64,000 nt of DNA from a candidate division WOR-3 bacterium. Lineage in GTDB: Bacteria; Hydrothermota; Tepidihabitantia; Tepidihabitantales; Tepidihabitantaceae. A program made the position numbers and the translations under genes. The stretch spans positions 32,001 through 96,000 of the forward strand of contig CBFGIT010000005.1 of the NCBI GenBank assembly GCA_965648905.1. Reading direction: 5' to 3'. Shown in pieces: positions 10,317 to 23,460 of this stretch; the stretch's first letter is position 1, and each line of letters opens with the position of its first letter. The notes under the pieces were generated by a model. That model did not search any database. It saw only the letters and a list, made by a program, of their open reading frames with translations, and was not told where the DNA came from.

Positions 10317-11255
10317 GTGAATCCGGTAACCGTTCTCGCCATCGGCGGCAATTCGCTGGTCCGCTCGAAGGACGCCATCTCATACTCAGACCAGATGGCC
10401 GCACTCGCCGACACGTGTCGCCACATCGCCGACCTTGCCGCCTCCGGTATCCGGCTTCTCATCACGCACGGCAACGGACCTCAGGTCGGGTTTCTCTTGA
10501 TTCGCTCCCACCTGGCGCGCACCCGTCTGCCTGAGACTCCGCTTGATGCCTGCACGGCCCAAACCCAGGCCGAAACCGGCTACATGATTCAGCAGGCCCT
10601 GGGCAACGAACTTGCCCGGCGCAACGTCTCAATTCCTGTGGTCACAGTCGTCACGAGGACAGTTGTCGCGGCTGATGACCCGGCGTTCGAGCATCCCTCG
10701 AAGCCGGTTGGCCCGTTCTATACCAAAGCCGAGGCAGCCCGGCTCCAGAAAGAACTCAACTGGGTTATGCGCGAAGACTCGGGCCGGGGCTTTCGCCGTC
10801 TTGTCCCTTCACCTCGACCGGTTGCAATTGTAGAGCTTGACCAGATTGCCGCGTTGCTCGAATCAGGCGCGGTTGTCATCGCTGGCGGCGGGGGCGGCAT
10901 ACCAGTGCTCCAGCAGGATGGAATCTACTCTGGTGTCGCGGCGGTTATCGACAAAGACCTTGCCTCCAGTCTGCTCGCGGCCCAGCTTGGCGCTACTCGA
11001 CTTGTCATTTCGACTGCAGTGGACCGCGTGTACCTTGACTACGGATTGCCGGGCCAGCGGCCGCTCACCAGTATCCGGGCCGGCGAGCTCCGTTCGCATC
11101 TTGACGCCGGGCAGTTTGCTCCCGGCAGCATGGGGCCCAAGATGGAAGCCGCGCTCGACTTCCTTGAGCGGGGCGGGGAGGAAGTCATCGTCACCGACCC
11201 GGACCACCTGTCGCTCGCACTTGCCGGTCAGGCTGGCACCCGCATAGTCCCATGA
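10317..11255 (+). CDS. arcC: Carbamate kinase
   Basis: LAIGGNSL, THGNGPQVG, SKPVGPFY, RRLVPSPRP, GGGGIPV, AVIDKDLAS, GSMGPKMEAA. Confidence 0.96.
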   Translation: MNPVTVLAIGGNSLVRSKDAISYSDQMAALADTCRHIADLAASGIRLLITHGNGPQVGFLLIRSHLARTRLPETPLDACTAQTQAETGYMIQQALGNELARRNVSIPVVTVVTRTVVAADDPAFEHPSKPVGPFYTKAEAARLQKELNWVMREDSGRGFRRLVPSPRPVAIVELDQIAALLESGAVVIAGGGGGIPVLQQDGIYSGVAAVIDKDLASSLLAAQLGATRLVISTAVDRVYLDYGLPGQRPLTSIRAGELRSHLDAGQFAPGSMGPKMEAALDFLERGGEEVIVTDPDHLSLALAGQAGTRIVP

Positions 11256-12520
11256 CTCGTCATTCGTCATTTGTCATTGCTCGTTTGTTCGTGCTGGCAG
11301 CTCTTGCCGTGACCGCAAGCGCTCAGAACATGGTCCTCATCCCTATGGACCTGACCCAGACCGATCATCTCAAGGCTTATGGCATCGCCTATCGTCTGCT
11401 CCAGCGCGGCCAGAAGGTCGAGTGGCTGCTCAACTACCGCGGCGGGTCATTCCTTTTTCCGGCCGATGCACAGGCACTCAAGGAATGTCAGCTCAACGGC
11501 GTGACCGCCCTTTCGGTTGGCCCGTCGGACGTCGTCGGGATTCGCGCTACCATCGAGAAGAGCAACATGCAGTCGGTTATGCTCGAACGGCCGACCCGGC
11601 TTGCGGTTTATGCTCCGCCGACGGCCGACCCGTGGGATGACGCGGTGCGGCTCGCGCTCGACTACGCCGGCATCAAGTACGACCTAGTCTGGGACCACGA
11701 CGTCGTGGCGGGCAAGCTATCTCAGTATGACTGGTTGCATCTGCACCATGAGGACTTCACCGGCCAGTACGGCAAGTTCTATGCCGGTTATCGTCAGGAG
11801 CCGTGGTACCAGAAGGAAGTCGCCATCAACATCAAGACCGCAGCCGAACTGGGCTATCGAAAGGTCAGCAAGCTCAAACTGGCGGTCGTCGAACTGGTCC
11901 ACAAGTACGTTGCGGACGGCGGCATGCTCTTCGCCATGTGCTCGGCCACCGATACTCCTGACATCGCCTGGGCAGCACGCAACACTGATATTTGCGACGC
12001 GGTCTTTGACGGCGACCCGGTGGACCCGAACTACGCTGCCAAGCTCGACTACTCGGGCTGCCTTGCTTTCGAGAACTTCAGTGTCATCACCGACCCTCTG
12101 GTCTATGAGCACTCGGACATCGATACCTACATCGAGGCTACGGCTCGGGGCCAGGATGTCTACTTTTCACTCTTCGACTTCTCGGCCAAGTACGACCCGG
12201 TACCCTGCATGCTGGTGCAGAATCATGTCGGGCTGGTCAAGGAGTTCCTGGGCCAGAACTGCGGTTTCCGCCGCACCAAGTTGAAGAAGGAAGTGCTCAT
12301 CATGGGCGACCTGGTCAATACCGAGGAGGTGAAGTACATCCACGGTAACTTCGGCAAGGGTACGTTCACTTTCCTCGGCGGCCACGACCCTGAGGACTTT
12401 GCTCATCGCATCGGCGACCCGGTCACCGACCTGTCATTGCACAGGAACTCGCCCGGGTACCGGCTGATACTCAACAACGTCCTGTTCCCAGCCGCGGAAA
12501 AGAAGCCACTGAAGACGTGA
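11252..12520 (+). CDS. Secreted conserved protein with glutamine-amidotransferase-like fold (family often mis-annotated 'asparagine synthetase B')
   Basis: Signal peptide; QTDHLKAYG, WLLNYRGGSF, DWLHLHHEDFTGQYGKFY, FAMCSATDT, GHDPED, PGYRLILNNVLFPAA. Confidence 0.75.
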   Translation: MTRHSSFVIARLFVLAALAVTASAQNMVLIPMDLTQTDHLKAYGIAYRLLQRGQKVEWLLNYRGGSFLFPADAQALKECQLNGVTALSVGPSDVVGIRATIEKSNMQSVMLERPTRLAVYAPPTADPWDDAVRLALDYAGIKYDLVWDHDVVAGKLSQYDWLHLHHEDFTGQYGKFYAGYRQEPWYQKEVAINIKTAAELGYRKVSKLKLAVVELVHKYVADGGMLFAMCSATDTPDIAWAARNTDICDAVFDGDPVDPNYAAKLDYSGCLAFENFSVITDPLVYEHSDIDTYIEATARGQDVYFSLFDFSAKYDPVPCMLVQNHVGLVKEFLGQNCGFRRTKLKKEVLIMGDLVNTEEVKYIHGNFGKGTFTFLGGHDPEDFAHRIGDPVTDLSLHRNSPGYRLILNNVLFPAAEKKPLKT

Positions 12521-12538
12521 GACGCGAGGCCCATACTC

Positions 12539-13405
12539 ATGCGTTCCTCTCCTGACTGCCTGTCCTGCGCGGTGAACCAGTGCCGCAAGATTGTCCGACT
12601 GGTTGGCGGCGATGAGGCACTTGAACAGCGGGTCATTGAGACGCTCTTGCCGGGATTCGACGGTCTGGACCGGTCTGAGCCACCCAGCACCTACACCTCG
12701 CACATCCTGCTTGCTGTGATGGAGCTCTTGGACGAACGAGACCCTTTCCGTGCAGTGAAACAGCAGCAGAATGACCGCGCCCAGCCGATTGCTGAGGCTC
12801 TCGACCGCGAGCTGGGCGACGGGCCTCGTGCTCTGGCGACTGCGCTGGCTCTGGCTGCAGCGGGCAACGTCATCGACTCCGGGCCCGGACACAAGTACAC
12901 GATTGAAGACGCGCTCTCGCATCTCCATTTTGCGCACGACGACTCGGCGCTGCTGCTTGACCGGCTTGCCCAGGCCGCGCGGGTGACGTACATTCTGGAC
13001 AATGCGGGCGAGGTGCTTTTCGACCTGCTCGTGCTCAAGCGGCTGCGTGTCCCCGAACTGACGATAGTAGCCCGGTCCAGCCCGATTCTGAACGATGTGA
13101 CCGTGGACGAGGCAAAGGCGCTCGGCCTTGACCGCTATGGCCGGCTCGTTGGCACGGGTTCGCCATTCCTTGGTGTTGACTACCAGACCGTGTCGGCCGA
13201 GTTCAAGGCTGCCCATGAGCACGCCGACGTGGTCATTGCCAAAGGTCACGCGAACTTCGAGTCCCTGGTCAATGGTCCGCGTGACGGCTTCTTCCTGCTC
13301 AAGGCCAAGTGCGACCTGGTGGCACGCGAACTCGGCATCAAGACCGGCGACTCGGCCTGCTTTTTCACTCCTTACTCCTCGCTCCTCACTCATTACTCAT
13401 CCTAA
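12539..13405 (+). CDS. DUF89/ARMT1-like damage-control phosphatase
   Basis: N-terminal CLSC, DPFRAVK, AGNVID, DNAGE, PILNDVT, AKGHANFESL, LKAKC. Confidence 0.9.
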   Translation: MRSSPDCLSCAVNQCRKIVRLVGGDEALEQRVIETLLPGFDGLDRSEPPSTYTSHILLAVMELLDERDPFRAVKQQQNDRAQPIAEALDRELGDGPRALATALALAAAGNVIDSGPGHKYTIEDALSHLHFAHDDSALLLDRLAQAARVTYILDNAGEVLFDLLVLKRLRVPELTIVARSSPILNDVTVDEAKALGLDRYGRLVGTGSPFLGVDYQTVSAEFKAAHEHADVVIAKGHANFESLVNGPRDGFFLLKAKCDLVARELGIKTGDSACFFTPYSSLLTHYSS

Positions 13406-13407
13406 GC

Positions 13408-13671
13408 ATGTGCCTCGCCATTCCGCTCCGCGTCAAGTCCATCAAAGGCGACATAGCGGTCGGTGAGGTCGACGGCATCGAGCGCGAAGTGTCGCTGATG
13501 ATGACACCTGATGCCAAAGTCGGCGACTACGTCATCGTCCACGCCGGCTTCGCCATCCAGATACTCGACCAGAAAGAAGCGGAAGAGAACCTCGACATCC
13601 TCCGCCAGATGGCCGGCCTGGTTCAGGAGAAGAAGGCCGAGGCGAAACGGCAGGTCCGGGTCAGGCGCTGA
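13408..13671 (+). CDS. hypC: Hydrogenase maturation chaperone HypC/HupF
   Basis: MCLAIP start, GDYVIVHAGFAI. Confidence 0.96.
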   Translation: MCLAIPLRVKSIKGDIAVGEVDGIEREVSLMMTPDAKVGDYVIVHAGFAIQILDQKEAEENLDILRQMAGLVQEKKAEAKRQVRVRR

Positions 13672-14821
13672 AGAACCGGCGCACCGCCTTAATCACAGCC
13701 GTCTGTTCTTCATCAGTCAGACTCGGCCTGACCGGTAAGGTCAGCACTTCCCGACACGCTGTTTCGGTCTCCGACAGGACGACAGAAGGGCAGTTCACGT
13801 TCTCCTTGGCGAACGCCGGTTCCTGATACACCGGCATTCCGTAGTAGTCTCCGGTTCCAATTCCGTGTTCTGTGAGGTACGTGCGTAACTCATCCCTTTG
13901 TTCCGTGCGCACCGCGTACTGATGGTAGTTCGACACGCAGCCGGCTGTGCCCTGGACCCGGCGCAGCTCATGGGGTAGTTCGGCGTCGTACCTTGCCGCA
14001 ATCTGTCTGCGCCGTTCGTTCTCGTTCTCGAGCCCGGCCAGCTTCACCCGCAGGAACGCTGCCTGGAGTTCATCCATCCGCGAGTTCCAGCCGATGCGCA
14101 CATGCCGAGGCGATGGGTTTCTCCCGTTTTGGCTGTTGGCTGTTGGCTCCTGGCTTCTGACTTCGCCTTCGATGCCGTGGTTCTGCAGTGACCGGACCTT
14201 GTCGGCAATCTTCTCTGACTGTGTTACCACCGCGCCCGCGTTGCCCAACGTGCTCAGGTTCTTGGTCGGGTAGAAGCTGAACGTGCCAACGTCGCCGAGG
14301 CTGCCGAGCCGTTTTCCCTGCCAGGTCGCGCCGATTGCCTGGGCCGCGTCTTCGACCAGAGCGAGCCTGCGCTTCGCGCGCAGTTCCCGGAACTGGTCCA
14401 AGTCAGCGCAATGCCCGAACACGTGCACGAGTAACACTGCTCTGGTGCGGCCGGTGACTGCCGCCTCGCACGCCTTGGGCGACAGGCATAACGTCGTCGG
14501 CTCGATGTCAGCGAACACCGGTTTCGCGCCCGCGAGCACAATCGCCTCAGCCGTGGCGAAGAACGTGAACGCGGTCGTAATAACCTCGTCGCCTGGCCCG
14601 ATGCCAAGGGCCTTTAGCGCCAGCACCAACGCATCGGTCCCGCTGTGCACTGCGACGGCGTGTCTCGTGCCGACGTATTGCGCCAGCTCCTGCTCGAACG
14701 CCGCGGTCTCCGGCCCGGCCACGAACCGGCCGCCTGCCATTACGCGTTCGAATACCTGCCGCAGGCGGGTTGCGTACCAGACGATTTCGCCTGACACGTC
14801 ATAGAGCGGGACTTGAGTCAC
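13661..14821 (-). CDS. DegT/DnrJ/EryC1/StrS PLP-dependent sugar aminotransferase
   Basis: SGTDAL, FTFFATAEAI, VEDAAQAIG, FSFYPTKNL, NSRMDELQAA. Confidence 0.95.
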   Translation of the reverse strand: MTQVPLYDVSGEIVWYATRLRQVFERVMAGGRFVAGPETAAFEQELAQYVGTRHAVAVHSGTDALVLALKALGIGPGDEVITTAFTFFATAEAIVLAGAKPVFADIEPTTLCLSPKACEAAVTGRTRAVLLVHVFGHCADLDQFRELRAKRRLALVEDAAQAIGATWQGKRLGSLGDVGTFSFYPTKNLSTLGNAGAVVTQSEKIADKVRSLQNHGIEGEVRSQEPTANSQNGRNPSPRHVRIGWNSRMDELQAAFLRVKLAGLENENERRRQIAARYDAELPHELRRVQGTAGCVSNYHQYAVRTEQRDELRTYLTEHGIGTGDYYGMPVYQEPAFAKENVNCPSVVLSETETACREVLTLPVRPSLTDEEQTAVIKAVRRFFSA

Positions 14822-15026
14822 AACGGCTATTATACCGGCTGCTCGTCCGGGGCAAAGCCGAGCCGAAGCGGCAGCAGTTGGAGTCAGCACTTGTCTGGAT
14901 GTCAGAACACCCGATTCTGGCAACATCACCAGACTCGGGTCAGGCATAAGAGTGCATGAAGACCGCTCCTGGGCGTAGACTCGCGCCCGGCTTCGATTAG
15001 GAGCTTCCTTGTGCCCGTTCCCGCAG

Positions 15027-15051
15027 AAAAGGGCGGCCAGAAGGTCGCCCT
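15027..15051 (-). terminator. Intrinsic terminator after the 1258-aa ORF
   Basis: GGGCGACC-TTCT-GGCCGCCC stem followed by TTTT on the minus strand. Confidence 0.7.
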
Positions 15052-15071
15052 CGAGGAGGAAAGGTCGGGTT

Positions 15072-18000
15072 CTAGTGCTGGATTACCAGCTTCTGTCTAA
15101 TCACGCTACTGCCGTCGTCGATTCGGGCCAGGTAGACCCCGGCCGGCAGGATAACGTCAATCTCCGAGCCGAGGCCGTAGAGCCCGCGGTGCACGACGCG
15201 GCCTGAGGCGTCGAGTATTGCCACGGCCACCAGATGACTCGCCTGCCGGGCTGATGTACCGCCCAGCTTGAGTTGCGCGCGTCCGGTCCGCGCCGGGCTG
15301 GGATAGAGGCGCAGTCGGGATGAGCTGAGCCAGTCAGTCTGGGCTGCGAGTTGACCGGCATGGGCCGGGGATGCTTTGCTGGTCGCGGCGAGTAGAATCG
15401 ACGGGTGGTACTGCCAGAGTTCAAGGGTCTTGTTGCCTTTGAGCGCGTAAATGTCGTTGCCTTCGCTGGCCAGTCCGGCTCCGGCCTTGACGCGCTTTTT
15501 GTTACCGCTTGAGCCCAGCTCGGGAAGCGGGTCAAGTTCGCCCCAGGAGTCCGTGGCCGAAGAGTAAACCCAGAACTCGCTCGTGTTGCCGCCCTTGAGC
15601 GCGAAGATGCCGGTGCTGAACCAGACCGCGCAGCCGCCGTCTTTCGACTTTTTGCTCTTACCGCTCCGGCTCAGCAGAGGCATGCCCGTGAGCCTTTCTG
15701 ACCAGGAGTCTCGAGCGATGTCGTAGGTGTAGAACTCGTGGTACTTGGCTTTGTGCGCATAGAGCTTGCCCGAGTGGTCCCAGACCAGCCAGGAACCCCT
15801 GTCCCATTTTGACGTGCCGGGCGCGTCGGCAACAGGATGCCAGGTTGTCGTATCAGGCTGACCTTGGGCCGGAATCTGCCAGCGCCAAAACTCGTTCTTC
15901 TGGCCTTTGAGCACAAAAACGCAGCCTGAGCCCTCTCGTTCAGCATAGGCGATACCGCCGCCGCCCTTGACTTTCTTCTTCGTCGTACCGAGCGGCACGT
16001 CCACGAGCTGCTGCCAGGAGTCGCTGGCCGCATCGTAGCGGTAGTAGCCGAGCGTGTTGTTGCCTTTGAGGGCATAAACATGTCCGCTGCCGTCTGCACA
16101 CCCGGCCGCTCCTTTGCCCGGCTTCTTGCCCTCGGTACCAAGGGGAATCGAAGCGAGGATGAGCCATGTGTCAAGGCCCGGGTCGTACGAGTAGAAGTCG
16201 GTTTGTTTGTTGCCTTTGGCGGCGTAGATGAGGTTAGTCCCGGCGTCGAAGGTCAGCCAGCCACCATCTTTCACCGGGCTGTTTGACGGTGGGGAAGGCA
16301 TTGACTTCTTCTCGGCCCAGCCGACCGGCAGCGGTGGAACCACGGCGCACGAGTCGCGAGCAGTGTCGTTGGCCGGGTTGGCATCACCGGACATGATGGT
16401 ATAGGCCATGAGCCAGTATCGGCCCAGGACGTTCGGCTGCCAGGTCTTGGTCAGGGTACGCGAGATGCTTTGACCGCCGGGGAGCACAATGTCGGACTCG
16501 GTCGTGTCGTAGACCAGAATACCGTTGGTGTCGGTGACGGTCAGCCGGACGCTCAGGTTTGCCTCGACGTTGCCGTAGTTGCGAAGCTGGACCCGGGGCG
16601 ACACCGGTTTTCCTGAGTCAACCAGCGTGCCCGGAGCGGTAATCTGAGCGACACCAACATCGAGCAACCGGACAAGAACCGCGCCAACCGTGCGGTCATT
16701 CGACGGGGCCATGTCGATTGCCAGCTCGGTCGAGCAGGAGGTCGGGAATGTGCCACGTTGGTTTGCGGTCCAGTTCGGGAACGTCAGGTAGAGATAAGTG
16801 CCCGGGGCATGGCTGGTGGCGGTGCGGGTCGTGTTGTAGCCTGAGCCGATTCTCATGCGAACTTCATAGGTCTCCGGCTCGGTGCCGTAGTTGTAGACCG
16901 AGCAGGCGGGCGTGACCGTGCTGCCCGAATCCACCCAGCCGGACGGAACGACGATGCGGGTTGCGCCGACGTCGTGCACCCGAACCATGCCGGCGGAAAC
17001 CGCCCGGTCGTTGGCCGGGTTTCCGTCAAGGTATAACTCGGTAGAGCATGATGCAGTGAACGGCCCGCGGCGGGTCGCGGTCCACTGCGGAAATGTCACA
17101 TAGACATGGGTCTTGTTGATGTGGCCGTTGACCAGAGCGGTCCGTTCGTATCCCGGCTCAATCTTCATTCTCACCGTATAGATCGGGTCGTCGATTCCGT
17201 AATTGAATATCGAGCAGGCCGGAGTGACGACCGTGCCTGAATCGAGCGGGCCGGCTGGTACGATGAGCCGGGTGCAACCGACGTCGTGCAGCGGATAGAC
17301 CATCACTGAATCGGACAGTGCGTCGTTTGTCGTCTCCATGTCGGTCGCGAGCTGAGTCGAGCAGCGCACGGCGTACTTACCTGGCGCTGCTGCAATCCAG
17401 TTGGGGAATGTGACGTAGACCGAGGTTCCTGGAGCGTGCGCCAGCACGTTTGTCTGATTGTTGTAGCCAGCGCCAATGCGCATGCGCACGGTGTAGGACT
17501 CGGTCGTATTGCCGTAGTTGTAGACCGAGCAGGCGGGGGTGATGGCCGTGCCTGAGTCAACTCCGCCCTTTGGCGCCGCAATGAACGAGCAGCCGACATC
17601 GCGGTCGGGAACAAAGTCGTCGATGTAGTAGGCGAGGATTCTTTCCTGAAAGTCCTTGACATAGAGCCAGTTGCGAACGCGAGTAACTGAATTGAGCATG
17701 CCGACCGTGTCTTCGGGATGGGGAATCGACTCGCGGATGGCACCGGTTGTCCGGTCGAGCACAAAGACGCAGCCACGCGGATAGCCGGCCGAGACATAGA
17801 CCCGGCCGCTGTCGAGCGTTGTAATCGCCAGGCCACCGCTGACTGCTCGGTTCAGCCCGCCTGTCTGCAGATATCGACCCCAGCCCGGAGCTGCCCGGCT
17901 GCCGTTGGTCTGTCGAATAGCAAGCACGGAGCATGTCTGGGTTCCTACAAAGACGAGCGTTGTGTCAAACGTACTGGGAATGCCGAAGGCCATCGAGCCG

Positions 18001-18833
18001 ATCTGCGCACTGGTCCAGGCTCGTCCGCCGTCTGAAGCCCGGACTGCAAACAGGCGGCCGCTGCCCGAGTCTGAGCCAAAGAAGACACGGCCATTGCAGT
18101 AGGTTGCGCCGGAACGGCAGTTGTATCCGTTGAAAGTCGTATTCCGGGACATGCGCCAGACCAGGCTGCCGGCCGGTGTCCACTTGCTCAGGCCGGAGTC
18201 AGAAGAGACCACATAGAGGTCGGCACCGTCGGTCGCGATTGCGCCGCGAATCGGGCCGGATGACACCTGCCAGCGGTAGCGCTGACTGCCGTTCAGCATG
18301 TTTATGCCCACGACATAGCCATCAGCCTGCCCGGCGTACAACGTCGGGATGTTGCCGGTAGTGAGGATGATGGGGTCAGACTCGACCGCAGAAGCGGTGA
18401 TCGCCCGGGACCACTTGGACGTGCCGTTGCTCAGACGCAGACAGCGTACGTTCCAAGTGGACGAGACACCATAGGCCCAGGCAACAACGCTGTCAGCAAA
18501 GATGATCGGCGTGCCAGCTTGCTGGCCAGCCGGGCCGTAGACACTGGACCGCCAGCGTCGGACACCGGTCTGAGCGTTGATGCAATGAACCCGGCCGTCA
18601 CTTGTGGCATAGACAACCGAGCTTTCAGTAGCGACCGGGCTGCCGTTCTCATTACCATTGAACGACGAAAGACCAGGGTCGTAGACCCAGGCAAGCGAAC
18701 ACGGACCCATAGGCACGACCGGGATTTGTCCGGAGTGAACGCTGTCACGGTTGTAGGTCGGCCAGTCAAGGGGCGGGGCTGCCATGACGCTGCCCAGCAT
18801 GACTGCAACTGCCAGTATTATCTTGATTCGCAC
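15072..18833 (-). CDS. Large secreted protein: PQQ/BamB-like beta-propeller, CARDB-like Ig repeats, Kelch-like propeller, T9SS-like C-terminal domain
   Basis: Signal peptide; W-containing propeller repeats; repeats D(V)GC..I..P.G.VDSG..(V/I)TPACS(V/I)(Y/F)NYG; (A/L)KG(N/G)(K/N)T repeats; C-terminus LYPSP...LPAGVYL...QKLVIQH. Confidence 0.85.
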   Translation of the reverse strand: MRIKIILAVAVMLGSVMAAPPLDWPTYNRDSVHSGQIPVVPMGPCSLAWVYDPGLSSFNGNENGSPVATESSVVYATSDGRVHCINAQTGVRRWRSSVYGPAGQQAGTPIIFADSVVAWAYGVSSTWNVRCLRLSNGTSKWSRAITASAVESDPIILTTGNIPTLYAGQADGYVVGINMLNGSQRYRWQVSSGPIRGAIATDGADLYVVSSDSGLSKWTPAGSLVWRMSRNTTFNGYNCRSGATYCNGRVFFGSDSGSGRLFAVRASDGGRAWTSAQIGSMAFGIPSTFDTTLVFVGTQTCSVLAIRQTNGSRAAPGWGRYLQTGGLNRAVSGGLAITTLDSGRVYVSAGYPRGCVFVLDRTTGAIRESIPHPEDTVGMLNSVTRVRNWLYVKDFQERILAYYIDDFVPDRDVGCSFIAAPKGGVDSGTAITPACSVYNYGNTTESYTVRMRIGAGYNNQTNVLAHAPGTSVYVTFPNWIAAAPGKYAVRCSTQLATDMETTNDALSDSVMVYPLHDVGCTRLIVPAGPLDSGTVVTPACSIFNYGIDDPIYTVRMKIEPGYERTALVNGHINKTHVYVTFPQWTATRRGPFTASCSTELYLDGNPANDRAVSAGMVRVHDVGATRIVVPSGWVDSGSTVTPACSVYNYGTEPETYEVRMRIGSGYNTTRTATSHAPGTYLYLTFPNWTANQRGTFPTSCSTELAIDMAPSNDRTVGAVLVRLLDVGVAQITAPGTLVDSGKPVSPRVQLRNYGNVEANLSVRLTVTDTNGILVYDTTESDIVLPGGQSISRTLTKTWQPNVLGRYWLMAYTIMSGDANPANDTARDSCAVVPPLPVGWAEKKSMPSPPSNSPVKDGGWLTFDAGTNLIYAAKGNKQTDFYSYDPGLDTWLILASIPLGTEGKKPGKGAAGCADGSGHVYALKGNNTLGYYRYDAASDSWQQLVDVPLGTTKKKVKGGGGIAYAEREGSGCVFVLKGQKNEFWRWQIPAQGQPDTTTWHPVADAPGTSKWDRGSWLVWDHSGKLYAHKAKYHEFYTYDIARDSWSERLTGMPLLSRSGKSKKSKDGGCAVWFSTGIFALKGGNTSEFWVYSSATDSWGELDPLPELGSSGNKKRVKAGAGLASEGNDIYALKGNKTLELWQYHPSILLAATSKASPAHAGQLAAQTDWLSSSRLRLYPSPARTGRAQLKLGGTSARQASHLVAVAILDASGRVVHRGLYGLGSEIDVILPAGVYLARIDDGSSVIRQKLVIQH

Positions 18834-18960
18834 CAACTCAGCCTCCAATTGTCCGGCGTATCCAAGCTAGAGCTCAACTTCCCCGCCGTTAGGAGGCGAG
18901 CCAAAGTAACCCGTCTGGGTAGTCTGGAGCCGCGCAGTATTCAGTCCGTGCGGCTGGGAT

Positions 18961-18988
18961 ATTCTAAGCCGAAGCCGGGCCGGGTCAA
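18961..18988 (-). promoter_or_regulatory. sigma70-type promoter
   Basis: TTGACC-16nt-TAGAAT upstream of the 18833 start. Confidence 0.6.
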
Positions 18989-19019
18989 GATGCTCAAACG
19001 GCCCGGCCGACACCTCGGG

Positions 19020-22373
<3,354 letters not shown>

Positions 22374-22509
22374 GGTTTGCTCCTTTCGCTCAGTCTCGGG
22401 TCTCTTTGGGGCAGTCCAGCGCCCGGCCCGGCTGCGAATCGATACCCTTGATTCGTTTTCAGCCCTGCCGGGCTGTCTACCTGGTCAGGCGTAACCGCTC
22501 GCGTGATAG

Positions 22510-22537
22510 ATTATACCGGCGCGCGTCATGTTGTCAA
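22510..22537 (-). promoter_or_regulatory. Consensus sigma70 promoter
   Basis: TTGACA-16nt-TATAAT about 135 nt upstream of GTG 22373. Confidence 0.75.
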
Positions 22538-22552
22538 GGTTGACTGGGGCGG

Positions 22553-22588
22553 AAAAGAAGCTGCCCGGCCATGCCGCCGGGCAGCTTC
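22553..22588 (-). terminator. Intrinsic terminator after the 22600 gene
   Basis: 13-bp perfect stem GAAGCTGCCCGGC/GCCGGGCAGCTTC followed by TTTT on the minus strand. Confidence 0.8.
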
Positions 22589-22599
22589 CGACCCTCTAA

Positions 22600-23460
22600 T
22601 CAGGAATTGGTGCCTGGTGCCGGTTCGAGCGTTGGCGCCGGCTCCGGCGTTCTGGTCCGGGCGGCCATGGTCAGCATGTAGAGCACGAACACGATCACCC
22701 CAAGCCAGCCGGCGCCGGTCGCGTTCATCCGCAGACAGACTGCGCTGGAGTAGAGCACGGCCGCACCGTACATGGCAAAACCAAGCGGCGCGAGACGCTG
22801 TTCCGGCTCGCGGAAGCGGTCGGCGTCGACCGCTCCGGGTTCGACAATCTGGAAAAAGAGCAGAATAAAGAGCGCGGTCGTGAACCAGCCGATGAAGCTC
22901 GAGAGCGGGATGTGGTGATAGAAACCGTTCTGCGCGAAGCCCATCATCGAGCGGCCAACGGTTGCCGGGCCCGCGGCCAGTTGCCAGAGTGCGACGAGCA
23001 GCGCGCCGACCAGCGGCACGGTCGCGAACGAACTGACGTCAGAAGTTCGTGCCCGGAGCAGATAGACCGAGGACAGGAACACGACATAGAGCAGGCCGTA
23101 CCAGGTGAGCACCGCACTCAGAGCGATTCGGCCGGGCAGCATGACGCCCACGGGAATCCTCAGGTCACGTGCCCGAGCGAACCAGTGGCTGCCGAAGATC
23201 GCCCCGAAGTTGGCGCCGAGATACTCGGCAACGAACGGCAGGATCAGTCCGAGCGCCAGGAACCATATCGCCCGCCGTGGACCGAGGAAAGTGAAGCTGT
23301 GGAGCAGAGCAAAGGCCGCCAGGCAGTAGACCGGCATCATGGTCAGCCAGAATACCGGCGGCCGGGTCATGATATCGGCCACCATGAAACCGACTGTCGC
23401 CAGCCCGAAGACCCAGATGCCCCAAGTCAACAGCCTGCTTGAGTATGTCTCTTTTGACAT
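22600..23460 (-). CDS. CruF/DUF422-like (carotenoid 1,2-hydratase family) membrane protein
   Basis: About 8 TM helices; AEYLGANFGAIFG and IPLSSFIGWF resemble the family motifs (E..G..TG.PFG, VPLSNF.GW) but are divergent. Confidence 0.6.
   Translation of the reverse strand: MSKETYSSRLLTWGIWVFGLATVGFMVADIMTRPPVFWLTMMPVYCLAAFALLHSFTFLGPRRAIWFLALGLILPFVAEYLGANFGAIFGSHWFARARDLRIPVGVMLPGRIALSAVLTWYGLLYVVFLSSVYLLRARTSDVSSFATVPLVGALLVALWQLAAGPATVGRSMMGFAQNGFYHHIPLSSFIGWFTTALFILLFFQIVEPGAVDADRFREPEQRLAPLGFAMYGAAVLYSSAVCLRMNATGAGWLGVIVFVLYMLTMAARTRTPEPAPTLEPAPGTNS

Noticed and set aside
11252..12520. Calling this gene asnB
   Set aside because: It has a signal peptide and lacks the N-terminal Cys (MCGI) and SGGLDS motifs of a true asparagine synthetase B.
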